A DNA stretch of 64,000 nt, from the NCBI GenBank assembly GCA_051294905.1, contig CM119371.1:4404001-4468000 (forward strand), in the 5' to 3' direction. Of the stretch, positions 48,463-61,412 are shown piece by piece. The translations under genes and the position numbers were made by a program. The number at the start of each line of letters is the position of its first letter. The first letter of the stretch is position 1. This DNA is from Botryllus schlosseri (taxonomy: Eukaryota). Below the pieces are notes generated by a model. The model ran no database searches, was not told the DNA's origin, and worked only from the letters and a program-made list of their open reading frames with translations.

Positions 48463-50475
48463 ATATATATATATATATCGGCTTTCAATTAAATAAAAGG
48501 GCAAAAGAAAACAGGAAACAAATGAACATCAAGATAATGAGTTTTGGGCCCTTATGAAGCGCCTCCATCGTGGGCGGTCGTGGGCGTCTTCGAGCGATAG
48601 CCCGCGTTGCGCTAGCTCGGTCTCTATTGTTGAGCGCCATGTGGTTCTATTCCAGCCACCTCTGCGCCATGGCTCCGTCGGAATGTGGTTGATGATGACG
48701 GCGGCTGGTTGATCGTCTTGATGCCGCACTAGATGACCGATTAAGCGTAAGCGTCGTTCAGCAGCCAGCAAACGGCATGGGACTGTTTTTGTGAGTTTGC
48801 GCAGAGCATTGGTGGATATGTGCTCCGGGTGGTGGATGCCGAGTGCGTAGCGGAGGAGTGCATCGTAGTTGGCGTTGAGTGTCTTAGCCAGCTTTTCTGT
48901 CAGCGTGAGTGCATCTATTCCGTAGAGAAGAACCTGCTCGACAGTGGCACGGAAGATGCGGGTCTTGGGCTGGGTTGAGGCACTTGAATGGAAGAGGCTA
49001 TGTAGCCGTCTTGCCGCGCCCCAGGCCTTTGCTCGCCTCGCCTTGAGCGCTTTTCCAGAGTCAGCGACGTCAATACCGAGGTATACAAAACTCGTTACAT
49101 ACTTGAGATCGATATCTCCCAGTTGAATTGGTGTCGCGTTCACCGGTAGAGCTGGTATGGCCAGAACCTCAGTCTTCTTAGCGTTGATCTGGAGGCCAAC
49201 AAGAGCGGCGGCGGCCTCTAGCTGGTTAATGAGACGCTGTGCCGATACGGCGTTCGGGGCAAGCAGGGCTAGGTCGTCTGCGTAGGCAAGAATACCTACG
49301 TGGATTGCCTCGCGAGTCGTACGCGTGCGCGTTCCTTGCCGTGGCCGCCATTCAAAGAAGTTCGTAGTATCCGGGAAGGCCGTTCGTAGCACGAAGTCAA
49401 GGATGACCACAAACAAGAATGGTGCCAGGGTGTCACCTTGAAGCACACCAGCCGAAGTGTTGAAATCTCCGCTTGGGCCGTCATCTGTTCGGACTCGCGC
49501 TCGTGTGTCAGTGTAGAGGGCCATAATGGCGTACGTTATCACCTCAGGAATTCCATAGAATCTGAGGATCTCCGCCATGGCTGGGCGCGAGACCGAGTCG
49601 AAGGCTTTCGCGAAATCAACGAAGACGGCCACAACATTCTTTTTGTGTGAGCGGCAGGTGTCAATGATTGTGCGCAGTGCCAGGATGTGCTCTGTTGTAC
49701 CGCGGGATGGTCGAAATCCATTCTGAGCATTCAAGAGCTTGGTAGAGAGCTGCTCACGTATGCGAAGGAGCAGTACTCGGTCGAACAGCTTGGCAGCGGT
49801 CTGCATCAGGGAGATGCCTCTGTAGTTCGCTGGGTCACTCGCAGCGCCTTTCTTGTAGATAGGGACGATTTCGCTCTCGAGCCACTCGGGGGGCACCGGG
49901 CCGCCTTCGAGGACGCCATTCATGACGTCGAGGAGCACAGGTGCAACGCCCGAGGTGTAAGCAGCCGTTGGGATGCCGTCCGTGCCGGTGGCCTTGAATT
50001 GTGGTACTCCACGCATGGCTGTCTTGAGCTCACCTAGCGTGATCAGGGTTGTATTGATCGCTAGAGGATTTGCTGCTAGTGAAGGCGGTGCAACGAGCAC
50101 ATCGATGTCTGGTGCAGGTGTAGATAACAGGGTCTCGAAGTGTGCTGCGAGGTCTTCCGTACAGGCCTTCACGCGGGTCCTCTTGAAGCCAACTAATTCA
50201 CCGATGGCTTTCCAGGCTGCTCTTGATCGGCCTGCTTCAAACTCATTTTCCACGGAAAGGGCAATAGCTTCGACTCGTTCCTTGCGAGCTGCGTCATAAA
50301 CGTTTGTTAAGTACAGAGCTGCCTCGTTGGCATCGCTATGTGCGTCCAGTGTTCCAGAGGTGTACGCAGCACGTCTGAGAGTCTTGAGGTTGCGGCGCGC
50401 ACTGAGCACTGTCGGGTCGGATTCCCAGGCTAATCTTGGCCGTGGCTTGCTACGGGCCTCACCGATAAATACCAA
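48463..50475 (-). mobile_element. 5'-truncated RTE-clade LINE with an open RT frame (48529-~50460)
   Basis: NYRGISL, QNGFR, FVDFAKAFDSV, GVLQGDTLAPFLF, YADD and F.YLG motifs; (TA)n tail; 12-bp TSD ATTATCGGTAAT (48451-48462, 50476-50487). Confidence 0.93.
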
Positions 50476-51962
50476 ATTATCGGTAATGTCGATTCTCGGT
50501 GGTGTCATTCTCGGTAATGGTTTTCTCGGTATTGACCGGACAGGGTCCGGCGGGCCACGTTATCAACTAAGACGGGAAACTGTCCGCGGGCCGGACAAAA
50601 TCCTGTCGCGGGCCGTACGTTGCCCGCCCCTGGTTTAGATGATGACAATTATTCTAGAAGGTTCAAATCGGTGATGTATTATCACTACTATGAACAACAA
50701 TACAAACACATTTTTGTAGATTTCAGTGTAGCGTGTATTTCGATTTCTTTAATATTATGGGTTTTGTGTGTTGGATAAGTCTAATTGAATCGGAGGTGTC
50801 TAGCAAAAATATACCAATTAGTTTTTTTTTTAATGATCAAAGTGTTAGAGTGTGAACAGAGTTTAACACGGTTTAAATGATGGCTCGAATTCTAAAGTGA
50901 TATTTTCGTACTGTGTAATGTGCGTGTGTTTCAATTAGCTGTCGCGGATTCTGACAATAAAGCATTGTACCGGTGGTTGATCAGCAAACGAAATTGTTGT
51001 TTCATCTTTAGTCTTGGTTACTGGAAACGCCCCAATGCGTAGACGCCGTAGAGTGATTTATACCAACATGGAATAATTTTCCAATCAAGAACATTTCAGA
51101 CACGCTAATCTAGTTTTACAACTCCATATGTTAATAACAATGATCCTGAAAATTTTGTTGATATCGCAATAACCAACACCGGTCCAATTACGTCATAATT
51201 TAATAACCAAGTCATGATCGAATATTACAAACGCTCGTATGTCAAACCAATGTGAAGGATGTTTACAACATGATAACTTTCATGTAACACCAGCGTTCGA
51301 TTGTGAGAAATGAATTCTCAACTACGTTGGTCAGACAATCAAAGCTCGTATACCAAAAGCATAATATGTTATTCTCAAGTCGCACACCAAGTAATAATTA
51401 GTTTTTCTTACAGAATATACCGCATAGTAATGACTTTGTCTTATATAATAGACCGCGTCGTAATTTTTTCATCTTACAGAATAGTAACAACTTTTAAAGT
51501 TGAATAAGGAGGGGGGGCACAAACACGAGTTTCGTGGCGGGTCACCAGCAGACATGGGGTAATTGTGATTAGTAATCGTAATCGACTGCGACGATCACAG
51601 CATTTCCAAGTAATCCTAATCGCAATCGATTACATTCGAAAAAAATCTGAAGTAATCGTAATCGATTATTTCACATATCTAATCGATTTCTTGGTGAAAG
51701 AACGATTACTTTTCATTTGAAGAATGACTGAAACTGAACAAGGAAGAGTGCCATGTTATACCATGTTATTGCTAGGAGATGTCGGCTTTTTAAGCCCCGC
51801 TGCTCATTATCACGTCACAAGCATTAGCTTTGCTCGTCGATGATTACGTAACGAATTATACACACATAGTAAATAGATATTCGATGTATATGTAGTCGTG
51901 TGATTCTAAGAGTCGTCGGCATGCCGTATATCAGGTTATTAATATACTCCAGACATCTAACA

Positions 51963-54900
51963 CAGGCCTGGGCAACGCGGCCCGTGGAGCGATTCTGTGC
52001 GGCCCGCCAAAGATTGCTTGAAATTTAAAATATAAAACCTACTTTATAATGTTGCTGCCTGTAAAGTAAAGTCAATGTATCAAATTATGCCGTTAGAATT
52101 AAAGTCACAAGAAGTCACCAAAACTTCTTTGTTGCCATTGTCACATTACGCATTACACGGTCTGTGTTTCAAATTGTACGTGATGTGTATCCAAATCCCT
52201 AATTCGTAAAACAAGTGAATCAGTGCTCATCATTTCGATGAATATATCACCACCCATAAAGGATGTCAAAAAAAAGAAAGCCAAAGTTGAAATTCAATGA
52301 TGGCTAATAACTGCAACCTTGGCTAAACAACGAGGCCTTTTCGGCAAGCTGCACAGTGCACAGTGCCAACGTCTCGGAAACCAGCTACCAAGACAATAAG
52401 CTAGGCTATATATTACCCTCAGGGCCGTAACACCCGTACCCCAAACCCCCCAATTGGATGGCGAGCTCGACGGGCGCCCAAAATCATTTTGTTAATGAAC
52501 ATAAATTATAGGGTATTATTTTAAAAATTTATGCAACTTCATTCAAAGTTTTTTCGCACTCGGCGCGATTTAGTGATCAATTGTTTTTACAATTGGACAT
52601 TTCGGCGTTAGCCATTACCGCGCCACGAAGCACCAAAATAAATCAACTTTAGGCCAACACGGGATTCCGAAACTGCTGATCAAATTAACTAAGTAAAAGG
52701 AAAAAAGCTCGTCGGCGAGAAAACCTTGGTCGAAAAGGACTGCCCTTATGTTGACCGAAAACCAATTGTCCATAGGCAATATTTGCCAGTGAAGAAATAG
52801 GCTACTAATCAGGAATCGAGTGCGTCTTTTTAGTTTGGTACGTTTCGGTGATTTCAATATCTTTTCACATAGCAGACGAAAGGTCACGAAATAACAACAT
52901 GTAGCGAAGTAATTATACCAACGGGTCATCTCAGAAATTAAAAAATATAGCAATATGCAATTACCAATATTATTGACCGATTATATCATGAATCGTGAAA
53001 CAATTCTGCGCTTCGCGCGATTAGGGCATAAACGTTGCCGATTAGTGTATACAAGACATCTCGTGCATCGTGGGTGCAACTCTATGGAAGGCCCAAGACC
53101 ATCGCTTGGGGGAGATGACGACGGGTTGTTTCGGTCATTCCAAATACATTTTATTGTATTGATAAAAAAAACGCGGAGAACGGGATTAAAGAGACTGTGA
53201 AATGTACCATGTTCAACATTGTTTCAAAATATGACAGCAAATAAATATGTGTTGGGTAATTGACCGTCACTTTGTCATTCCCCAACATCAACACATCCAC
53301 TGAGCACCAATTCGTGTAATTCACTGCTCCAAATTTAGAAATATAATTAATACGCTGGATATTCTAAAATTTTTGACTCGGCCCGCCAACATATTTCTGC
53401 TTTTCATTTGGCCCGCTGAGAAAACTACCCAGCTAGCACGCCCACTTGGTATCCAGGTGGAATTTAAGTGGTTAGGTGGGATGGATGATCGGAATGGGTT
53501 AGTAACATGTAACCCACATCGAAACCAAGCGGGATTTCCATCCACAAAGATGCGTGGTTATACCATACCAATCCCAGGTAGATTGCAATAAGTCTCTTCT
53601 AATTGTACCTATCAATTTGAACTCGGGGGAGTTTTACTTGTTGAGTTTTTGATATCAAATCATCTTGAAACATGAGAAATCCACTTATGGAGGAGCTCAG
53701 ATTTCCCATATATCACCCACACCGGAACCAACCTTATTTTCCATCAATGATATTTGGTTTATTTCATCGAATAATAAAGGTGGTTCCATATGTAGTAAAG
53801 TTTTCTAGCTATTATGCTATCCCTGTTGGTTGCTCGAACCTCGAACATTAAAACCCCTACCATGCTTTACTTCGTGAATGTGATTTGAACTATTTAAAAT
53901 TGACCGGTTGTCACACTGAAGTGAACTTAAATTTCCGTTGCTAGAGTACTCACAGCGTGCGGTATAATTTTCTTGCGTAGATCCCATTACCTTTATCCCT
54001 TATCTGTATCTATTATTTTTAACTCAGGATTAATTTTACTAGTAAAATTTCTGTGATCAAATAATTGGAACTTGTTATTTTCGTCAATGAAGAATGGTCG
54101 ACTTTTCATACGGCTCCCACATGTGACCGAGTAGTTTTCCGAAATAGATGCTTCTTTTATATTTTCCTACAGCAAGGTTTGTTCATCTATATAGTAAAGT
54201 CATATTATAATCGGTTTCCGATTGATTCATTTGCGATGCTGGTCGCTGGGACATTTCCCAATTGAATTCCACCACCATATGAATTGAATTCGGGTACTGT
54301 TGACGATAAGCGCCTAAGAATCGGGCGGCCTCGGTTCGACTCCCGTTGGAGGTTTGTCCGGGCTCCTCTTCTTGCGACATGAGACCCGAGAATGACTCGA
54401 CGAAAGAATGCACTCACAAGTTATGGAAATCGCTAGCAAGGGCCGTGGCCTCGAAAATGATCAACATCGAGAGTAACTGTGACGGCGGGCACTCTAAGCC
54501 GAGGTAGATGTCAGTCTAAAAGACGGCAACTGCGCGTCGGTCGGCATCCTCCTATCTGTTCATGACATCGCTTTGTATCTTATCGCATTGTACATTGTGT
54601 GTGTCTTGTTCAGCTGAAAATATAACTCAACGATTACACTTAAACAGTGATGATGGCCTCACTCACCCACCGTAAAGGTTATTATATACTCAGCTTACCG
54701 TATATATTGTTTGGTTGCGTGAGTGTTGGTAGCAGGTATGTACTGTACAGTATACGATGTTAAAGTTAACTAACGTGTAGGATTTACCTAATGTCGCCTT
54801 AGCACATGTCTACGTCGAATTCTCGGCCCACTTACACTGTCACTGCTACTGCCACAAGGACCGAGGTCGTAATATTGTCTTCGCTATCAGCTTGGTGGGT

Positions 54901-55054
54901 TACCCACATGGTTCCCCAGAAAATACCTCTGTAATATGGGGCCAAAAATGTACGGTTCCCGATTGGTTTCACCAGCTGGTTACCACAATTCATCTCACTT
55001 TGATACCTTGTGGTTCCCAAGTAGGCGTGCTACCTGGGTAATTGCCCACCCCTG
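51963..55054. mobile_element. Non-autonomous hAT (Charlie-like) element
   Basis: CAGGCCTGGGCAAC...TTGCCCACCCCTG; perfect 8-bp TSD ATCTAACA. Confidence 0.85.
53428..55038. mobile_element. Non-autonomous DNA transposon with 2-bp (TA) TSD, EnSpm/CACTA-like CCCAG ends
   Basis: CCCAGCTAGCACGCCCACTTGG...CCAAGTAGGCGTGCTACCTGGG flanked by TA; sits 16 bp inside the end of the hAT element. Confidence 0.75.
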
Positions 55055-57357
55055 ATCTAACAGCATAATAATAACCACCACTCTGCCTAGTTTTAAATAG
55101 TAACGTTTCTATGTTCGGTTATGCAGTTTTACGGTTGAGTATAAGCCTATGATTGCGTTCACTGGACAAAGATTTGAAATTCGTTACAAATCAACGACTG
55201 TTGATATACATCATGACCGGGTTGTTCTTTGCTGTTGCGAGTAAAAGGCAGTTCGCATTATATGTGTTAAATGGATTGTAGGCAATATGCATGCGTAAAT
55301 GCTTGTGTTCATCGTTCAACTGCGAGAAATAATATGCAATATTGCAGAATTTTATGTTCACTTTATCTTATATATTCTAATATGCCCCTACCTAAAAAGG
55401 CACCAATCGGTATTTCGCAATTCTTTACCGGGGCCTACGTATGCCCTGTCTTTACTCGACATTTGAATCTGCCGTTATTGCCATTCGCCGTTATAGCCAT
55501 AGCCACACCATACTAGCTTGCGTAGTAGCTAGAATCAGGACCGAAACAGCAGCCCCCGTAGGGTGATCAATCAAACGTCTGGGGGCGATCCCTTCAATAC
55601 CTCTGTTTTACGATCGACCTTGCCACAACAACTGAAAGACACGATTGAGTCAATATGCATTCGGTGTGTAATCAACAATTATAACATCTTCGGATGGGTC
55701 CGTTGATATTATTACTTTGTTGCATGTACGGTTGCATTTAAAACAAAAATCAATTTAAACGAGGCAGTTTCGCTTCATAACTAGTAAAACCCCAGAGCTC
55801 GAATCAACAGAATGGCCGTCTGAGATGGAATATCCTACTGTGCAGACTCATTTTAATTGCTAAATGGTCAATAGCCTACTGATACAAACATTTTCCTGTT
55901 TGATGGTATGTTGGAGATTGTTGAAAAAATGGATGAGAAAGGTCAATCGCGGTGAATTCGAAATATTTACAAAAATCCATTTTCTCCTGTGATATACATA
56001 ACCATGTTTTCAATAATAACTTAAAGACAAGCTGCTAGATAGCCTATAACTGACCAGGCTTGTCGTTTTATGTTCATTATAAAAAAAATGTTTGTCGATT
56101 TTGCTGTCATATTTGTTGCTATCATACACGAATGTGTCGACGGAAGCGTTACGCGTTAGTAATTCATTCGCCGCCACCTATATTTGTGTAAATGGATTTT
56201 CGGCACTCGTTCATATCAAATCGAAGGAGCGTATTTTCAAGACACGACCACGTATTTCAAGAAATGCAGTTGCAGAAATCGTTTTGAAATATAAGAAGTC
56301 AACCCAATTTTTACAGGAATAGTGTGGTCTTATATTCAAGAAAAGTCATTTTCTCGCTGTTTATCCTCAAGCCTATACAGTTATCATATGCACGAGTCGC
56401 AGATAACCATTGTACGATAATTGAGCTAAATTTGAACTGAAAATTCATGGGGGTCCGCGGCTTCCGTGACGGTTCGAAAGGGGTCCGCGAAGACAAAAAG
56501 GTTGAGAACCACTGATTTAAACAAACGTTTAAAACAAGGGCCATGTTTTAAACATGTTTTTTTTGTTGTTTTTTTTGCCATGACGTTACTAATATTTAAT
56601 TATGACGTCGCAGTGGATTGACGTTTGCAATTGAAAATATAGACATGACTCTTTCGACGAAAACGGCTTTCGGCCACTGTCATAAACAAACTAAAAATAT
56701 ATTTAACGCGGTCTTCACCGTTATGCAGCATTTTTACGGTCGGCGGTAATCATCATCAGAACACCAATTCCGTACCAATGATCAATATCTACATGCTAAA
56801 ACTGTTGCACCGACAACGATTTTGAGGGTTCCAGCCTTCCCACATCGTATAGCCTATACATAGACTATTATGGGTGAAAACCGACCGTGGGCTCATACTA
56901 CATGGTCTTTCCGACGTAGGCCTATTTACACACTTACGGTATAATTAGACAACGTTTGAAAAAAAAACAGTTTTTTTAAAGGCATTTGTTTAAAACATTA
57001 TTTAAACAAACTGTTTTAAAACACCGTTTATTTTAAGTGCAACCCTAGTCGCATGTTGTTAACTGGCGATCTCCCGCCTAGTCAAAAGATATTGTAGTCG
57101 AACAAACGTTGCAGACTAAATTGAACGAAAAACATTACGTGAGACGCATACACAAATTGTTCTTTCTTCACGGGATGTATCATTTTCCTCTATGGGTACA
57201 CCGGGTGGCATTGTACTGCGGGGCTTATGTTAGGATAGGACTATTCGTCGCGCCGATTCAGCGCAGCAATGGACAATGGACACTGGACAGTGAACACATA
57301 TGCATGGACGTTTCGGCCAAGATCTTTCTTTGGTAGCACATGTTGGTCATACCTCTG

Positions 57358-57749
57358 TATATTATTATTATATTCTTTATTCACAGTGAAACTGGTAGAT
57401 ACACACATAATCCGGGGAGCAACTTGCCCCCAAAGGAAAATGGCGAGATTGGTCTAAATATTTTAGAATTTCAGTAATACTTTCAAATTGTTATTCCTAT
57501 GCAATACACGGAGAAGTCAGATTACAGAATTGCAGCAGATGAAGAATTGGCAAGGGTCACAGAGCAGAGGTAGAGATGATTGAAGATGAACAATCTAAAT
57601 TACAGAAATTATGCTGTGATTCACAAGTGTAATTTTAGTCCAGTGTTGCATTCAAGGCCTTCCGAAGAATGATGCACAGTGCCCAATAATGTTATCTTTC
57701 GGATCATGTCGAATCGAACGTTACCCGGAATTTGTTGGATATGTCTCAT
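57358..57749 (-). mobile_element. Second short 3' fragment of the same R4/Dong-like family, in tandem
   Basis: Diverged direct copy of 57750-58137, ending in ATTATTATTA. Confidence 0.88.
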
Positions 57750-59460
57750 ATTATTATTTTCTTTATTCACAGTAAGAAACTGGTCAATACACACATAATA
57801 CGGGGAGCAAACTGCACCCAAAAGAAAATGGCGAGATCGGAGTAAATTTTTTAAAATTTCAGTAATGCAGTCAAATTGTTATTCCTATGCAATACATGGA
57901 GAAGTCAGATTACAGAATTGCAGTAGATGAAGAATTGGCAAGGGTTACAGAGCAGAGGTAGAGATGATTGAAAATGAAGAATCGAAATTACAGAAATGAT
58001 GCTGTGATTCACTAGTATAATTTTAGTCCAGTGGTGCATTCAACGCCTTCCGAAGAATATGCACAGTGCCCAATAACGTGATCTTTTGGATCATGTCGAA
58101 TCGAACGTTACCCGGAATCTGTCGGATATGTCTCATGAGTTTTTTGCTTACGACCCCTGTAGCGCCAATGACTATCGGTACAATGTTTATTTTGCATTGC
58201 CACATTTTCTCACATTCCATTTTGAGGTCTGCGTATTTGGACTGCTTTTCTGATTCTTTTTGTTGTATATTGTGATCAGCTGGGACAGCCAGTTCAATGA
58301 ACAAGCATTCTCTTTTCATTTTTAGTTTGATGATCATATCCGGGCGGTTCTGATTTCGCGGTCCGTTATAACTGGTACATCCCACAGAATTTTTACCTGG
58401 TCGTTTTTTGTCACTGGGGCTGGGCTGTAATCGTACCAAGTTTTTGTCGAAGTGGTGATGTTAAAATGTTTGCATAATTCAAGATGAATGTAGTGACCAA
58501 TCCTATTGTGTCTCCATGTGTATTCGGTAGCTGCAAGTGCACCACAGCCGGACATGAGATGTGCCACAGTTTCATTTTGGTTGTGGCACATTCTGCATTT
58601 GCCATCCGTGTTTTGCTTCAGAATTCTTTTGCGATAGTATTTTGTAGGAAGCGATTGGTGTTGTGCTGCGAAAATGAATCCTTCGCTTGCCGGTTTCAGA
58701 CCAGAGCTGGATAGCCAGGTCCATGAAAGCTCATCTACATGGGGCTGTGAAGTTAACTTCTTGTGCTGTCCATGAAGAGGCATTGACTCCCATATCGTTT
58801 CTCTCATTTTGGGCGTTGCATTTTTGTATCGAAATCGTGCTGCTTTTGCTATTGTTGTGGGTTTGGCAACAGTGTTTTCAGCAGTGTACAGGTTAGCTGT
58901 TTCTATGTTGACTTCTCTGACATACTTGTCGTGACGATAGCTCAGAGATTTTGTTTTGCGCTGTTTGTCTTCCTGTGCAATGAGTTTGCAGTGAATGTTA
59001 TCGCTGTTGTTGATGTACTGTGACAAGCCAATGATTTCTGTTTTGAAAGTTTGTTCAATTTCTTGTAGTCCTTGACCACCTTTTTTGTGGGGATGTACAG
59101 TCTTTGAGTATCAGATTTTGGGTGATGCATGTGGTGCATTGTCATCAGTTTTCTCGTCTTTGTGTCCAATTTTTTAATTTCATCTTTGCGCCAGTTCACC
59201 ACACCAAAGCTATATCTCAAGACAGGCACTGCAAGACTGTTTATGGCATTGATTTTGTTTTTGGAATTGAGTTCAGTTTTGAGAATTGATTTGAGCCTGC
59301 TAATGTATTCTTTTTTTAGACTTGATTTCATTGCAGCATGTTTAATGTTGTCGCTTTCACAGATCCCTAGATATTTATAGTGATCTTCAGCATTCAATTC
59401 TGTTATGGTTTCGTCCATTTTAAAGTTCATGTCGCCAGTGCTGGTGGCTCTTCCACGTCG
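57750..59460 (-). mobile_element. 5'-truncated R4/Dong-like non-LTR retrotransposon with restriction-like endonuclease (frameshifted)
   Basis: YKYLG, AIN..AVPVL.Y, CRMC...ET..HL.SGC, RHN and RPD..I....C.FIE.AVP...K..KY..L motifs; (TAA)n-like tail. Confidence 0.9.
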
Positions 59461-59464
59461 TACA

Positions 59465-60670
59465 AATATGAGTGATGCTTTTCGCCATTTATGGCCTTGT
59501 GCGCCACGGTCATCAGGAAATTCAAATCAACCAGTAACTAAATGAACTTATTACAACTTATCACAAACTCGGCGACGGCGGTGGACAATTGCGATGACGA
59601 GAGTAGGTTGCGTATGGTGAACGGCATATGTAACTGATTGCAATAGGTTATTAAAAACGATCGATGAAAGTCGTATTTAATGCATGATATTAAAAAGTGT
59701 TCGACTGTTTCGATGACATCGCATTCTTCGCACATTGGAGATTCCGAGCAGCCGATTCTGAATAAATGGGATGCTACTCCACAGTGTCCTGACCGTAGTC
59801 AAAATATCAGGCGTTCGATATGGCGACTGCCGTTTTTCTCGGGTCCTGATGTGAGTGTGCTGTGGAATTGCTTGTAGTGTGATCCACGTTCATCGGCAGA
59901 GTATTCGCATTGCCAGATCTCCTTGGTAACTCTCTTCATCGCGGCTTTGGCGTCTGGCATGGTAATGATTGGAGTATGGCTCGATCGATCTTGCGTTGAC
60001 GAGCCTACTCGGGCTAATTCGTCTGCCTTTTCGTTGCCTGGAATTCCTGCGTGTCCCGGAACCCAAGAAAATTCAACAGTGATAGCAGTATCATGGATGT
60101 GTTTAAATATTTCCAATATGGATACAATCACGTTATTTGATGGTCGGTTCAGAGGTCTAGAAACCGCCGTTACTGCGGATAGGCAATCTGAGAAGATGAC
60201 GTAACTCTGGTTTCGCGTGCCGTGGTCGAGTACCCAAAATAATGCATGCTGAAGCGCCTTCAATTCCATTGTAAAGGCTGATGATATCGGTGAGCAGGTA
60301 CGAGAGATTGCGATATCATGTACAGTAATATATAGCCTACCCCGTAACCAGCGTTATTGGAATTTTTGGAACCGTCTGTGTAGATTGCCACACTGCCCCC
60401 ATCTCGTTCAAACATGAAATCTAGGCATATGGATTTGATGTTTTCCAGTATTTCGCATTTCGAAGTGTATTTGAGTAGATCCAGGTCTGCGGCGGGGATC
60501 GGTATTGTCCATCGGGGTGTGGTTCACCACTGTTGTGTCTCAACAGTCACGCTGTCGAGAATATGCGATCGTGAAATGATGTCAAAAGTTTTAAAATTCG
60601 GTTTTGTGATGCAGTATATTTCATACGTCTGTATATGTGTTGGTGTCGTGACGCGGTAGTGGTCGGCACC
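59465..60670 (-). mobile_element. I-group (I/Nimb-like) LINE 3' fragment with RNase H
   Basis: IYTDGSK (~60370-60390), ELKAL..AL, IFSDCLSA, WVPGHAGIPGNEKADELAR and C-terminal CEEC...ETVEHFL..C. Confidence 0.88.
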
Positions 60671-61412
60671 GAAATGTCGATATCTATAAATTATGCATAT
60701 TATTTTCTTGATGGGGAAGGGTATGCAAATGAATATCAAGATATCTAGCGACATGAAATCGCGAAGGGTGAGGAAAATTTTCAAGCTAAATTAATCGTTC
60801 AAAAACACTTTATAACTTATTTTGATTTACGAAATAATTTGGTCCTCTTTGAGCTCGCCCCCCACCGAATAAGGGGGTTTGGTGTGCGGCAGTTATGGTC
60901 CTTTTTAGAGTGCAAATCGTTGGGTCTGAGAAATCGTCATCTATAAAGTTATGTAATGGTATATAGTGACGTAACAAGCGAATGACGTCGCATTTTAGAA
61001 CGAAATTGTTCTCTCATGAGGCCTTTTCATCGCAAGTTATATGGTCTTCCAATACGTCTTCAAAAATAAATAGAAAAAGTAAATGGAATCGTGAGTAATC
61101 GTGATTACTTTTCAAATGTAATCGTAATCGTAATCGACTACTTCACGATTTTGCTGTAATCGTAATCGTAATCGCGTGATACCGAAGTAATCGTAATCGC
61201 AATCGATTACATTCATAAAGTAATCACCCCATGTCTGGTCACCAGCGGGCCCATAAGAAACAATTGTACACCACCAGCGATCATATATACTACTACGGTA
61301 TGTCTGCAGGTTGGCCGCCTCTGGCCTGTTGAAATAAGGATGAACAATGCTGCAACGTTTTTGAAATGCTAAATACTAATCAGGGCACGAGGATCCAGAC
61401 CACCATCTAGTA

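Larger units (their letters stand above)
51549..61237. mobile_element. hAT-like MITE (GTAATC repeats) expanded to 9.7 kb by nested insertions
   Basis: TIR CAGACATGGGGT; perfect 8-bp TSD GTCACCAG; it interrupts the right end of the outer Polinton relic. Confidence 0.88.
21166..61294. mobile_element. Older Polinton/Maverick-derived relic (outer element) expanded by nested insertions
   Basis: Left end GGTAGTATATG...TTATGGGCCCG; right end CGGGCCCATAAG...TATATACTACT; flanks ACCGTA/ACGGTA; segments 21166-24000 and 50640-51548 are homologous to the 33151-46526 element. Confidence 0.7.

Noticed and set aside
50545..50632. hAT-like right end (…GTTGCCCGCCCCTG), and another at ~56440-56515
   Set aside because: No matching left end or TSD could be found, so element boundaries cannot be supported.
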